NCBI GenBank assembly: GCA_032718475.1
Contig: JAUCBJ010008403.1
Coordinates: forward strand, 1-64,000
Direction: 5' to 3'
Source of the DNA: Nemertoderma westbladi
Taxonomy: Eukaryota; Animalia; Xenacoelomorpha
Length of the DNA stretch: 64,000 nt
Shown in pieces: positions 38,501 to 49,100 of this stretch. The position numbers were made by a program, and so were the translations under genes. How positions within the stretch are numbered: the stretch's first letter is position 1; each line of letters opens with the position of its first letter. Under the pieces are notes generated by a model. That model made no database searches. It was not told the DNA's origin and worked only from the letters and a program-made list of their open reading frames with translations.

Positions 38501-40630
38501 TGTCAGTTCAGCGTTTTTGTTACTAACAGGGTAGCTATTATTCTTAGTCGCACAACGATAGATCAATGGAGACATTGCCCTGGTACGATTAATCCAGCCG
38601 ATATCGCCTCCAGGGGAGCAACTCCACAGGAACTGATAGATACTCCAGACTGGTTGGGTGGACCCGACTTCCTGAGCAAGGAAGAGGATGAATGGCCTCC
38701 TCACCTTACTACGGCTGAGATTAGACAAGCCAAGGGAGCGGAGACAGTTAAACCTAAAACCCGGGCGAGTAAATCGAAGTTATTTAAACCGACTATCGAT
38801 CTATCTGTATTACATGCTTCCGGAAACGATGCTTCGGATTCACAATCCCTCGCCACAAATAAGTCTGTTGTGGAAATTAGAGATAGAGATTGGAAATCTG
38901 GAATACCAGACGTCTCGCAAAGAATCTCACCCATGCTGCAGAGAGCAATGCATCACTACAGTTCCTGGAATCGGCTCTGTAAAGCCGTCACATATTTAAG
39001 GAGATGTTTTCATCATCACTACTCCAGGACGAAGACCATTAGTGATACCGCTCCATTGACATCTGCGCAAGTTCATGTTATTAAAAATTTACCCAAATAT
39101 AAGACATCTGACCGTTTTCTAAAGGAGAAAATTAGTCACCAGGAGCATGAAGAAACAAATAAGCAGATACTGAGACTCCTGCAATGCTATGAGGATTCCG
39201 ATAAGTATTTCCTGTTGTTGAGAAATCCGCAGATGCGCTTAAGGGATCGATTCTCGAGCACAATGATAGATGGGTTAATACGTGTTGGAGGAAGGCTCAC
39301 CAATGCGCCATTATCCTTTGACACTAAATTCCCCATACTCATTAGAAATCTTGAAGTACAAATCAAGATGATTGTAGATGTTCACAGCAAACTTTATCAT
39401 GCTGGTAGAGAACGAGTTCTTAGCGAAATTCGAACTCGCTATTATTTTGATAAACCCCGTAGAGCTCTGAACCAAGTTCTTAGGAACTGCATACCCTGTA
39501 GGAAAGCATTCAGTAGGCCTTTAACACAGCGAGAGGCAGAATTACCTAGGGAACGAGTAAGCTTTTATGAACCACCTTTTACTAATACTGGTGTAGATTT
39601 ATTTGGCCCTATTGAAGTATATCGTGCTAGGACTATAGTCAAGAGATGGTGTGTCATCTTCGTGTGCATGACTTGCAGAGCCATCCATCTCGATATGGTG
39701 AACGATCTATCTACCAACAGCTTCGTCTTAAGTTTACGACGACAGATCGCTCGCTTCGGGACGAGTAATACCATGAGATCGGATAAGGGAACGAACTTCA
39801 TAGGTGCCAACAACGAAATACAGGCTTACGTGAAGGACTGGAACCAAAGACAGGTGGACGACCAGCTAAGGATAACAGCGTCTAGCTGGACCTTCAACGC
39901 CGCCGACGCCCCTTGGTGGGGAGGAAGTTGGGAGAGATTAATTCGAAGTGTCAAAACCGCATTTCACTTTATAGTGCCATGCCGCGCGTATCTCACCGAC
40001 GAACTTTTGCGGACGTTAATGGAGGAAATAGCTGCCTATCTCAACGAGAGACCGCTTATGCCAGTCTCATCGAGTCCCGATTCCCTGGAAGCGCTAACAC
40101 CCGCGCACTTCCTACTGAAGAAACCTGTAGCCATGCTCCCACGATCGGAGATTGCCGACGGAGACGAATACTGCCGTCGAACTTGGAAACTTATGCAGTT
40201 GCTATCCCGTCGTTTCGCTGACCATTTCGAGAAACATTATCTGCCCACGCTACAACTTCGAACTAAGTGGTTTGCGCAGCAAGAAAACGTCAGCGCCGGA
40301 GATATGGTGCTTATTGTAGATCCAGACCTCCCATGTAAACGGTGGCAGACAGGTCGTATCATCGAGACCCACATCTCGGATGATGGTTTAGTACGCTCGG
40401 TAGCTCATATCTCGAGCGATGGTTTGGTGCGATCAGTAGAACTCGTCGTCATGCGGCGTAACTTTAAGAAACCAGGGATAGTCTTTGAGACGCAACAGCT
40501 CAACCGCCCAGTTGGTCGTTTATGTTTACTGGAAAGAGACAGAGAACTCTCCGGAAACTATGGAAGGCAAGACACTCTTCCCACGACCACCTTCCTAATT
40601 CCTCAAACATCTAGGGACTCCCCAACGTGA
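32513..40630 (+). CDS. Element B intact gag-pol polyprotein (2705 aa)
   Basis: Gag knuckles CALC..CYNC..CAKC, PR LLDSGS, RT YMDD, DPLG, RH VFGDAS/NPADIASRG, IN HHCC and D,D,E; single open frame. Confidence 0.97.
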   Translation: MSDTQQNLSDSLIDTTICDTDRSGERLRKEFSSPPTARKVIPPVVSDPRLIHHRSIIGTRAQVKRNQEAAVLSQQHLGQEPSSQRPDSSSSSDTVELTPERGVQMAATAYSDPLLTLPAAVLTTIFIAVEEHQVDRARSKRATQDSYAGYAREELMSIVESQWNFPGPGLPLDLSEATWEDIHRMGVTKDTMDPAVWKRSAAGYVQGFFGSLERLEEQLFRQPQGPQEQEELLYQVRERTLRIRLILSAFEETSKRRQDMSLQVAVKTWFQRVGLKVQETAQWKSQLAERPTYEEPTDATLSKAESEVTAERPRTRDAIDIYLSDYQRFLGDEELRRRLSGLSPNSEGTKLVLDSIDAEMLAANQAEFDEKLRLARVREEQVKKKRIEERKAAAVMAAEAEAERKEAEAERKAAAAEAEAERKAAAAEAEAERKAAVAEAERRASEETIQLELENLQETQDNINKQLTASQMQMMRKSTPKRQGYTSSEEGETTDPEGGGNRSCLSRRRKTSHRHKLPDLPPAVRRQLASTDLGSTEPAYQTIQVKRLPTIVDEPEIIRPVVPKVTSVLETPVLPELNSKFPLHSTTLPVPGRTVQENIPVLIAEREIKDLSPVVQRRPATMLATPASAVEWVEEGRRGMNLLLGQMQETVHQLKGTVREGRAELQEVQQSIALERDKLVNIQKGIPIPPVKLCQPVRSEVLHAQGVEPTRIYTASEVETPIANPIKGDYRPVVNDVPYRPDNDPRNLYTDNSILNNTMAQESFTRQMARTEARQAVKVGEIVKFNGDEMKWLPFNEYYKDSIQNSVLSNGEKLRFLIKCLEGPPRLMALKFIGHPEGLRQVWDTLNIRYGNKDNIAKYLYAKLVAPRHFLSSGIIEFSDEIQDICRQLDWLGKSHEYQSSMVIGAIVSTLPKGGVCTRWDKKVLYMNEQQRRSPTMADLMSFLDGEVKLQLIKQSREKTSENKVSEKPASRRRVTPVCYTDDGESQASQEEDSGKDTERSYYVEKTSKDVSKYKARNNDRREQVAKTPPQSPNRMHRRKPEEKTRVHQVTQGKVSNIKPNCALCDRTHRLSACAEFLKKSLVDRRAVVWDKRLCYNCLRPGHQRRTCYSDIKCAKCGAKHHILLHSEFDRDKLSQVSEPELHVQFSDVNDTDQESEMEGFYTDEFSDANESCYLINTAVYRALTYEKDTNDEFPPTNFDRQPSWKPSTSNVGIREFPVVQVRVQGPNKSYIVNALLDSGSTGTFIDQELAEDIFAGQPKFRTKLNMSGIMQVWKSTLTADYYVGVLSTPQDKLGAQGIRSVKMVAIKNFATTQADLYNWDEDESIQHLKIPRFQTDYPGVQILIGQNAHEALKTLEKRPAQPQPLQTYAVRTRVGWYFTGPSRRTLEERMPHEQIYQVNDWEVESSEVDELTEGTTYSSDNDDIYQLFDEENTIDLLTENQTWKNQVNLCQLIRPSEPIAYNDELNDEIERYNARTRDELAVRFFTQELVEPNSYDKALSIEEERAKQIQETTTRFLKEQGRYEIGLPFRKREPRFINNRPLAEKRIAQLHRRLTANASAKEMYQTQLKKFITKGYAERVPEGTPVTERTYYLTHHYVPKPGKPQEVRVVFDGSALYMGQSLNSELLPGPNLLQSLLGILLRLRQYSIAFASDIEGMFLQVKALDRDRDSLRFLWWPEGDLNQKPVEYWMTIQAFGIISSPSNACSVVRTTANDNRDAFSKEVIDNIKRNIYMDDNLRSLPSVEEAIDVAKGTVECLKRGGFRLTKFTSNSREFLEAIPVEDRGAKDLDLIKDDLPETKTLGLKWDTERDILFFQLKQRDNPVRTKRICLSILSTYFDPLGFISPVILIARSLVQQMWLENHSWDDPLKGELLKKWMKWEDSLPAIENFIISRAYFGHVLPTYSYQLHVFGDASDMGIGIVAYLRVETPDGIKVALVTSKALINNKLKVPRAELKAALYATAIGRNVTEQIDYPLEKTFYWTDALLVLEYLTNEVCQFSVFVTNRVAIILSRTTIDQWRHCPGTINPADIASRGATPQELIDTPDWLGGPDFLSKEEDEWPPHLTTAEIRQAKGAETVKPKTRASKSKLFKPTIDLSVLHASGNDASDSQSLATNKSVVEIRDRDWKSGIPDVSQRISPMLQRAMHHYSSWNRLCKAVTYLRRCFHHHYSRTKTISDTAPLTSAQVHVIKNLPKYKTSDRFLKEKISHQEHEETNKQILRLLQCYEDSDKYFLLLRNPQMRLRDRFSSTMIDGLIRVGGRLTNAPLSFDTKFPILIRNLEVQIKMIVDVHSKLYHAGRERVLSEIRTRYYFDKPRRALNQVLRNCIPCRKAFSRPLTQREAELPRERVSFYEPPFTNTGVDLFGPIEVYRARTIVKRWCVIFVCMTCRAIHLDMVNDLSTNSFVLSLRRQIARFGTSNTMRSDKGTNFIGANNEIQAYVKDWNQRQVDDQLRITASSWTFNAADAPWWGGSWERLIRSVKTAFHFIVPCRAYLTDELLRTLMEEIAAYLNERPLMPVSSSPDSLEALTPAHFLLKKPVAMLPRSEIADGDEYCRRTWKLMQLLSRRFADHFEKHYLPTLQLRTKWFAQQENVSAGDMVLIVDPDLPCKRWQTGRIIETHISDDGLVRSVAHISSDGLVRSVELVVMRRNFKKPGIVFETQQLNRPVGRLCLLERDRELSGNYGRQDTLPTTTFLIPQTSRDSPT

Positions 40631-42258
40631 TACGTCTGGAGTGGGCGCATGACTATATTATTTTATCTATTTTTATTGTATTTTATATGCGAATTTTATT
40701 ATGTACTTTATTATAATCGTTTTTATTCAATTTTATTTAGTAGAATGTTATTTTAGTGATTATTTAGTAGATTAGTGCAATATATTAGTGTTTATTACGT
40801 ACGTAATTACTTATAATATATATTAGTGCGACGGCGAGAAATAATTATTTTTCTCTTTCCTTACTGTCCGTATCATATTGTAAATACGTGACTACAGTAA
40901 GATGAAATGTCCGTACTTAGTAAAGTACAATAAAGCCACTACTATATTCAAGTATTGTTGGTAGGCAGAGTATTAGGAATGCAAAGTTCAGATCCTCGTG
41001 TCTCGGCTAAACCAAGCTCTGGGTAGACCTTGGAAACGACTTGCCTCTTCACACTGACATTGCTTCGTGCGATATTGCTCTTCTACCTTATATTAAATAA
41101 TACATATAGTAGCGTGATGTCCCTCTAACAGTAGCGTAAAACGCAAATAAATCTGTTAAACTTTTTGACCATCTGTAATTCTAGTCGATTAAGATATCGT
41201 GGCACCCACCGATATACTTGAAAGACAAATTCTAGAATCAGTGGTTAACGTCCCCCAGATAAGTTCTGGAATAAATCGGTGCCCATCTTAAATATTAATT
41301 TAATATTTATTAAAATCTGTAAAATTCAGATCCGTTAATAATTCTAGTCGATTAAGGTATTGTAGCACTTACCGATACTCTTAAAAGACAAATTTCCTAG
41401 AATTAAGGATCCTATGTCCCCAGACCTGCTCTGGAATCAAATTGTGTCAATTTTAACATCAAATAATAAAATTCACGGGAATAAATTTAAATTCATATTT
41501 TAAATGAATTTCATAAATTGTCATTTTGTGCAATTTATAACATTCCCAAAATTCCATTAATTAATAGATCATGGGAGCGGAGATTCATCCTATTGAGTGT
41601 ATTAGAGTGCGAGAATCTCCAACATATAGTCAATAGCCGATAAAAATAATAAAATCATGCATAAAGAGAATATTGACAATTAAAGAATTATTATTAAATA
41701 GCATCCCAGATCTGTATGCATGAGAATTACCCTAATTCTACCGCTAGCATTCCATAATGTCACCATGGCAACACCCACGCTAGAATTAGAAGCAAGTTAA
41801 AAGAACAATAAAAAGCTTGTCCCATTGCATTGCATAGAGAATACATAGCACACTGTTAGTATCCAAGGATACACAATAATAATGTGACATTCTGGAAGGC
41901 ACTGACTAACGGACAAATGGCCTGTATGTGTACAATTGGTGACAGTTGTGTGGAATTTGTGCGTGTGTAGGTGAATGTTACTGCTAAGGTGTGTTTACAG
42001 TAGCTAGTCGGAATTGTGAAAGTAGCCCAACTACCCTATAGAAAGAACCTAAAGTGGATCCAAGACTTTGGGACGGACAGTGGAGTGACTTGTGCCGGTT
42101 ATCGTCGTCGTGCTGTTGCTACATGTTGGCGTAAACACCGCGACGACGGTACGTCGGCGCTGAGAATCCCACTGTCCGGGGGCAAAGAAAGGTAGGCAGC
42201 GACGCCCGCTCGCCTAAACATGAACTCATTATAATCTTAATAAACTCAGATAGCAGAT

Positions 42259-43708
42259 ATGACGGAGTTGATAGAAGATGATCTTGGTATCAGGGAGCGA
42301 TATACTCTACCTTTACAAGCATTTGTGGATAGCTTGATACGCGGTGAAGCCGATCCAACCATTACGGAGGACGATGGTCGTTATATCGAACCGCCGATGT
42401 CCCAAGAGCAACTTACGCGTGAATTGGACTATCGAAAATTAACCGCTCGCTATACGCATCGTAATGGTACGTATATGGACTTCTTAACTACCGGCCATCC
42501 TATCGATTTACATGATACGGACGATGTAGACACTGAAAAGGGAAATGGTTCTATTTAAATATCATACCCAGCGGAGTCGTAACGATAAACCGAGAATAGA
42601 TCACGAAAATTCTATTCGTAACAGACTGGGAAGACGAACCAATATGCCTAGAATCTGAGGAGATTCAGCCTATCGCGCCCGGAACAGCGACAATGATTAC
42701 ATCCTAGAATGGTATCAAGGTCCACAGTGTCTCACTGCGTACAATTATCACCATGCCAACTATGTTTCTCGGCAACGTTGTCGGTTATGCGCATCGAAAG
42801 ACCATGTTACGCCCATGGACATAAACATCCGCTGTTCCTATTTCCACGAACAACCGGCGATGGAAATTTATTGCGCATATTGCAGACTCAATAACTTGCA
42901 TATTTTTGCGGTTTGCCCTCAATTTATGACTCAATGTCACCATTGTCAACTAAAGGGACATGCCAGTTTCGATTGCCCTTTTAATCACGATTTGGAAAGC
43001 GTAGATGAAATGATCACACTACGTTACATCAGAGCTTGGGAAGCGAACGCTGATTTACATTGTGATTTGCGCCATCGCTATTATCCCGGACGCGCTTACG
43101 AAGGAGTTTATGCGTTCCATCCTTATCTATTCGCTTCGGTCGAACAGAAATCACGCATATCGAGTTACGAGCTACTGAAGCGCGTCGGAGAATGTATTTC
43201 AACCAAATTCGTACGCAAATTTCTCAGGAGTGTTAATCCTAGCGACCTTCATTCCTATAACTTAATCAATTATATCCGTCAGGATCCGGACTATGGAGAC
43301 TTGTTTGTTAACTCACATCCCGAGTTACAAGAAGTATATCGACGGCCTTACGAATACCGAGCCCGTGAACGCGAGTTGGAAAGAACCATTAAACCCCGGA
43401 GGTTTCTAACTGCCTATGGTCCACCCACGGCCCTCGTTCAGACCACTCGTAAAGGACCCGTAAGAGCGGCTGTCTTGAAACGAGCTCTCAAAGCCATTAG
43501 ACCCCTCTCACCTGACGTTGATGTCAATCAACCCGGTACTTCGACTGGCGGATACACCGACCATAATCCTACACCCTCTGATGCAATCATATTGCACCCT
43601 TCACCCAGGAGTTATAGCCCTCCTTGTAAAGTGGCTCGCCCCAAAGAGAAAAGGACTCTGGCTAGCTTTAAGAAACTGCGTAAACGCCGTCCGCGCAAGA
43701 AAGACTAA
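42259..43708 (+). pseudogene. Element B ORF2, internally deleted (exonuclease lost)
   Basis: The N-terminus and zinc-finger C-terminus match C ORF2; the junction near 42630 skips ~2.75 kb; frameshifts present. Confidence 0.88.
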
Positions 43709-43778
43709 CTGTTTAGAGTATTTACGTATATTAGAAACTGTGATTTTGTATATTTTATAGACTCAAATCCCATTTTCT

Positions 43779-43786
43779 GGGAGCGG
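43779..43786 (+). other. Short polypurine tract of B
   Basis: gggagcgg directly before the LTR TG; identical in C (46112-46119, minus). Confidence 0.8.
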
Positions 43787-45028
43787 TGTAAAAGCTTCTG
43801 TGGGATATAACTGGCCCTTTTGCTTTGCAATCCAGTTTCCCCCCAGGCGCTGGAATACTCTAAAAAGCTCTCTAACTCGAATGATGCAAAGCGACCGGCT
43901 GATTGGCTGATTTGCTGTACGAGGGGCTTTTTGCTATGTTCTATCGGCCAACCAGAGCTATAGCAGCAGAGTATGCAACCAGGACAACCGAGCGGAGTGA
44001 CTCATTTTGTGTGTTGGCCAAGGGTTGCAAAATTCCTGATAGTTCGGCATTTAGATATTCGTGGAACTTGTGGAATCTGGTGTTCTGCCAATGAGATCTA
44101 ATCCTCTCTGTGTAAAAAGATACCTGCAATGGTGTTAGGGACAGTAGTAGCAGTTTTTTCTTGATACTGTTGTGTTGTTTGTATCTAGGCCAGGAACACC
44201 GGCTCTAGAGTCAACTCGTTTTCATACTTTAGAAGAAACATTAGTAGGCTTAAGATTATAGAGCGTATAACTGTTATCACAACACAACTCATAACAACTC
44301 ACATATCGGTCCATATCAGTACATTGTCATATCATATCTTAACCTACCGTCTTAATGGTTTGCTGTTGTTTGGTTGAATATTATTTGGAGAACATTTATA
44401 AAGAACCCAAATTTCCCAATTTTCTTGATACACTACAGGTTAGAGTGATGGGTTATATATAGCGATTGCGACTTGTATTGTTGTGGTTTGTAGTGAATTT
44501 AATGCTATTTGATAAGCACTACATTGGTCCGTTGCTGTTCTCTTTATATATGATAAAAATCATTGACGGTCGGCAAATTAGTGAGCAGTATTGTGTGTTA
44601 CCGGGAGTGTGCATGATTGTGACTGATAACTAAGCATTTCCTAAAGAATGCGCCTCATACGTGAATCATAAGCCTTACTGACTTACTATTGTGATTAGTA
44701 TAAGTCATATCTCTGTTTACTTAGATAGAGCGCCACGTCTTAAAGGAACTGTTAATATTTCACGAAAGTGAATAATATTAGTCAGAAATTATTTATTAAC
44801 GATCAATCGAATAATACAGTAAGTTTACACTGCAATAATAATCTAAGCCCTCAGAATCCAGCCCCCCGGGTATATCCAGCGGGTGAATGGACGCGCACTA
44901 GGCTGGCTTCTGCTAATGTTGTGTTTATTGGTATTAAATATTTGTCATCTTCTAAAGTATATTTATAAACCAAAAGACATATAAATTTTGGCAGGTTAAA
45001 CTGCTAAAGGTCTTCAAAAGCGCGTACA
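43787..45028 (+). repeat. 3' LTR of element B
   Basis: Matches 29067-30308. Confidence 0.96.
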
Positions 45029-45033
45029 GTGCG

Positions 45034-46111
45034 CGATCATTCACCCGCTGGATATACCCGGGAGATTGAGTTCGACGGCTTAATCTTATTGCTATGTAAG
45101 ACTACTGTATTATTCGACTGATCGTATTACATAATCTCTGACAATATTATTCACCTTCGGGGAATATTAACAGTTCCTTTAGGACGTGGTGCTTTATCTA
45201 TATAAACAGAGTTATGACTTAAACTACACACAACGATATGGCTTAGTTATAATTCACATATATGGCGTATTCTTTAGGAAATGCTTCGTTATCAGTCTCA
45301 CTCATACACAATGCTGCACAATACTGCACACTAATCTGCCGACCTTCACTAATTTTAGTCATATATAAAAGGAACACAGACCGACTCATGTAGGGTCTAT
45401 CAAATAACATTAGATTCACTTCAAACCACTTTAACATAAGTCGCAATCGTTATATGTAACCGGTCTCTCTTACCTTTGGTATATCAAGAATATTGGGGTT
45501 TTCGGGATTATTTCTCGTTATTCCAAATATAATATTTCATCAACCATATATAGTGAATAACCGACAGTAAATAGCAGTATAACGATATAAAAGTATGTAC
45601 GATAAGATATATGCATTGCCCAGTTGAGTTAGGTCAGTAAGTAAGATAACGGATATATGTCCTTATAATTAAGCCTACTAGTGTTAGGCTAAAAGCAGAA
45701 AAGCACAAAATATTCCAAAGCCATTCTTTCCTGGCTCAGGACAGAATGTAAACATTGCCCATAATGCATTGCGTGATTTCTAGGAAATTTCTGTACAAGA
45801 GCAGTAAAAACGCTCTGATTGGTTGACTGAACTGAGAGACACCGTAGAACAAAGAAAATCAACACGTATGCAGATCAGCTGTTAACCGTCGTCATAGTAA
45901 CTACTGTTTCAAGAGGATCCAGCTACTTTGCGTCATAGAATTGCCATAGAATCACCAACCATGTCTTCCAAAGTACACATACGGAAGAAATAGCTCTTAG
46001 GTCCTCTAAAAAACACCGATACAGCAATAATACGGCTTCTTACACCTACTAAACCAACTACAGAGTATTTTAAGGGAAAAATAACCAGGCAATTCCGCAA
46101 AAGCTTTTACA
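45034..46111 (-). repeat. Proximal piece of C 3' LTR
   Basis: Matches 62621-63698; with 28944-29066 it restores the 1201-bp LTR. Confidence 0.95.
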
Positions 46112-46188
46112 CCGCTCCCAGAAAATGGGATTTTCAGTCTATAAAATATAAAAATCACAGTTTCTAAACATAAAGATACTCTAAACAG

Positions 46189-49100
46189 TTAGTCTTTCTT
46201 ACGCGGACGGCGTTTACGCAGTTTCTTGAGGCTAGCAAGAGTCTTTTTCTCTTTGGGGCGAGCCACTTTACTAGGAGGGCTGTAGCTCCTAGGCGAAGGG
46301 TGCAATACAATTGCATCAGAAGGTGTAGGGTTACGATCGGTATACCCGCCGGTTGAAGTACCTGGTTGATTGATATCAACCTCAGTGGAGCGAGGTCTAA
46401 CGGCCTTTAGAGCGCGTCTCAGGACAGCAGCTCCTACGGGTCCTTGACGGGTTGTCTGGACACTAGCGGTGGGTGGACTGTGAGTGGTGAGGAACTTTCT
46501 CGGTTTAATTGTTCTCTCCAGCTCGCGTTCTCGGGTTCGATATTCGTAGGGTCGCCGAGATACTTCCTGTAGTTCAGGGTGCGAGTTCACAAAGATATCG
46601 CCATACTCAGGGTCTTGATGGATAAAATTGATCAAATGATATGAGGTTATATCATTAGGGTTAACGTTTCTAAGGTATTTTCTAACAAACTTGGTGGAAA
46701 TACACTCACCAACACGCTTCATCAACTCATAACTCGGTACGCGTGTTTTCTGTTCAATCGACGCGAATAGATAAGGATGGAACGCGTAAACTCCCTCGTA
46801 AGCGCGTCCAGGGTAATAGCGATGTCGGGATTCGCAATGTAAATCCGCGTTCGCTTCCTAAGCTCGGATGTATCGCAGGGTGATCATCTCGTCTACGCTC
46901 TCTAAATCGCGATTAAAGGGACAATTGTAACTGTCATGTCCTTTAAGTTGACAGTAGTGACATTGAGTCATAAATTGTGGGCAGACGGCAAAAATATGAG
47001 AGTTATTAAGTCTGCAATACGCACAATATATTTCCATCATCGGTTGTTCGAGGAAATAGGAGCAAGGTATGTCTGAGTCCATAGGGGTGAAATGGTCTCT
47101 CGATGCGCATAATCGACAACGTTTTCGAGAAACATAGTTGGCGTGTCGATAATCGTACGCTGTGAGATGTTGTGGACCTTGATACCACTCTAAGACGTAA
47201 TCATTATCGCTGCTCCGGGAAGCTGTAGGCTGAATCGCTTCTGATTCCAAGCATACTGGCTCATCCTCCAACTGCATAGTTGAGGTGGGTGCGTCTGTCT
47301 CAGTAAGTGGACCCACTGTCTGTACTTCTACGACAGAATAACCTGTAGGTATTCGGGGTCTTTGTATAACAGATGAATGTAAGTTCTGTATACAAGCGTC
47401 TTGAAAAATGGCAAATCCAGCGCTGCTCAGTTTCTCCGCAGCTGAGTCTCTCAGACTGAGTTTGGTCAGCGCGCGGTCCTTGAATTGACTATCGACGTTA
47501 CGGAACGGAGTCAGAAAGCGCCGGAAACATTCGAAACGTATAAATTTATTGTGTTCATCTAACTTGGCGAGTTTGGTTCCAAGTATTAATGGATGGGCGC
47601 GTATGGTACGACTGCACACATCGGCTAGCCAACCGGCAAGTGCTGCGTTTTCAAAGATCGTGTATATAGCTAAGGAAGGGCGAAGTGGAACACTCATAAA
47701 GCTATATACGGCACCAGGCGCAGTTAATGGTCCATCAAAATATAAACGAGAGTAATGATCTCCATATACTTGCTGGTAATTGATAGGATTTCCAACCTTG
47801 AAATTCCATCCATATTCTTGAAAGGCAAGATGTCCGATGGAGGTCCGTTGTACTTTAGTAATGCCGCTGGGTGTATTGGCATACATCGTGCGAAAGAAAC
47901 CTCGGCCTTCGGCCCAAGGAGCAATCAGCTGCGTATCAACGAAAGGGTATGGAATGTTTTCCATATTCCGAAAGTCGTTTTGGAGATCCCCATAAACAGC
48001 TGAGCCGATTTTAGGATTCTTTCGTTAAACAACATTTCGAGTACAGGTTGGGGTAACATTGATCCATCGATACCCATGGCTGGTTTGCGCTCAGTGTTGT
48101 TGACATAACGCTGCGCGAGCTCGAATTGTCCATGTCGGAGTTTCTTTTGTGTCTCTGTAAGAGTTTCAAAAAAATAATCAATCACGTCGGAACACGCTCG
48201 AGTGAACACTTGGGTAGAACCAGCGAGTCCTCGTATGTGTATCATTCGCGTAGTTCCTAGTTCTCCAGCCGGAACGCTACCTTCATTGTCATAAGTAACA
48301 ACGCCATACATCTCGATAACGTTAAGAGTCTCGTTCCATTCCTTAGTGGCGTTTTCGAGAGTCATTCCCACTGGATGCCACAAAGTAGCGCATTCGCTAG
48401 CATTGGGTAAGTCTCTATACTTTAAACATTGTGTAGTATAGGTTTCCACGTCTCCATATCGTTTTATTCTTTCCTCCTCGAATAACACGTCAAGATTCCA
48501 GTGCACTAATCGAGTTTTAATGAATCCATCAAGATTATACGGAGGTATTATTTCTTTCTCTATTCTAGAAATATTATACGGTTTTCGAAATGAGTTTATT
48601 TTAACTAACTGATCCAGATGTTTCTGCAGTTGTTCGAGTTCGACAAGATCGAGAGGATTTATTAATGGTAGAAACCTCAGACTATGCGTAGGATCTTCTG
48701 GTTTTACCATGTAATATTGTGTTAAGTTGACGTAATAAGGGTGATCCTTAATTCCATAAAATGAGTCCGGTAAAGGTCTAGCGCGTATGTTAACATCGTG
48801 CACCATGCGATGGACAAGATCCGCTCTATTGTCCGGGGGTTCAACGAGTACACCATCGACACGAGCGGCTTCGATGGGTGGACGTTGTAACATGGGAGCG
48901 TCAGCAATAAGCTCTTGAGATCTGAGATCGGTATTAACCGGTTGAGGCTGTACCATAGCAAAGAGCTTGTCTCTGAAATGAGGAACCATCGAGGGGTGGA
49001 GGATCGTTTTGGAATAGAGATCCGTCATGAGAATTTGAGCTTCTGGCTGGGCTAAAGCTGCTTCTTCCCTCTCATTCAGTTCTATATGTCTTTCCTCAAG

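Larger units (their letters stand above)
29067..45028 (+). mobile_element. BEL/Pao LTR retrotransposon B (~16 kb) nested in C 3' LTR
   Basis: TG...CA LTRs of 1242 bp; TSD gtgcg (29062-29066 / 45029-45033). Confidence 0.96.
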
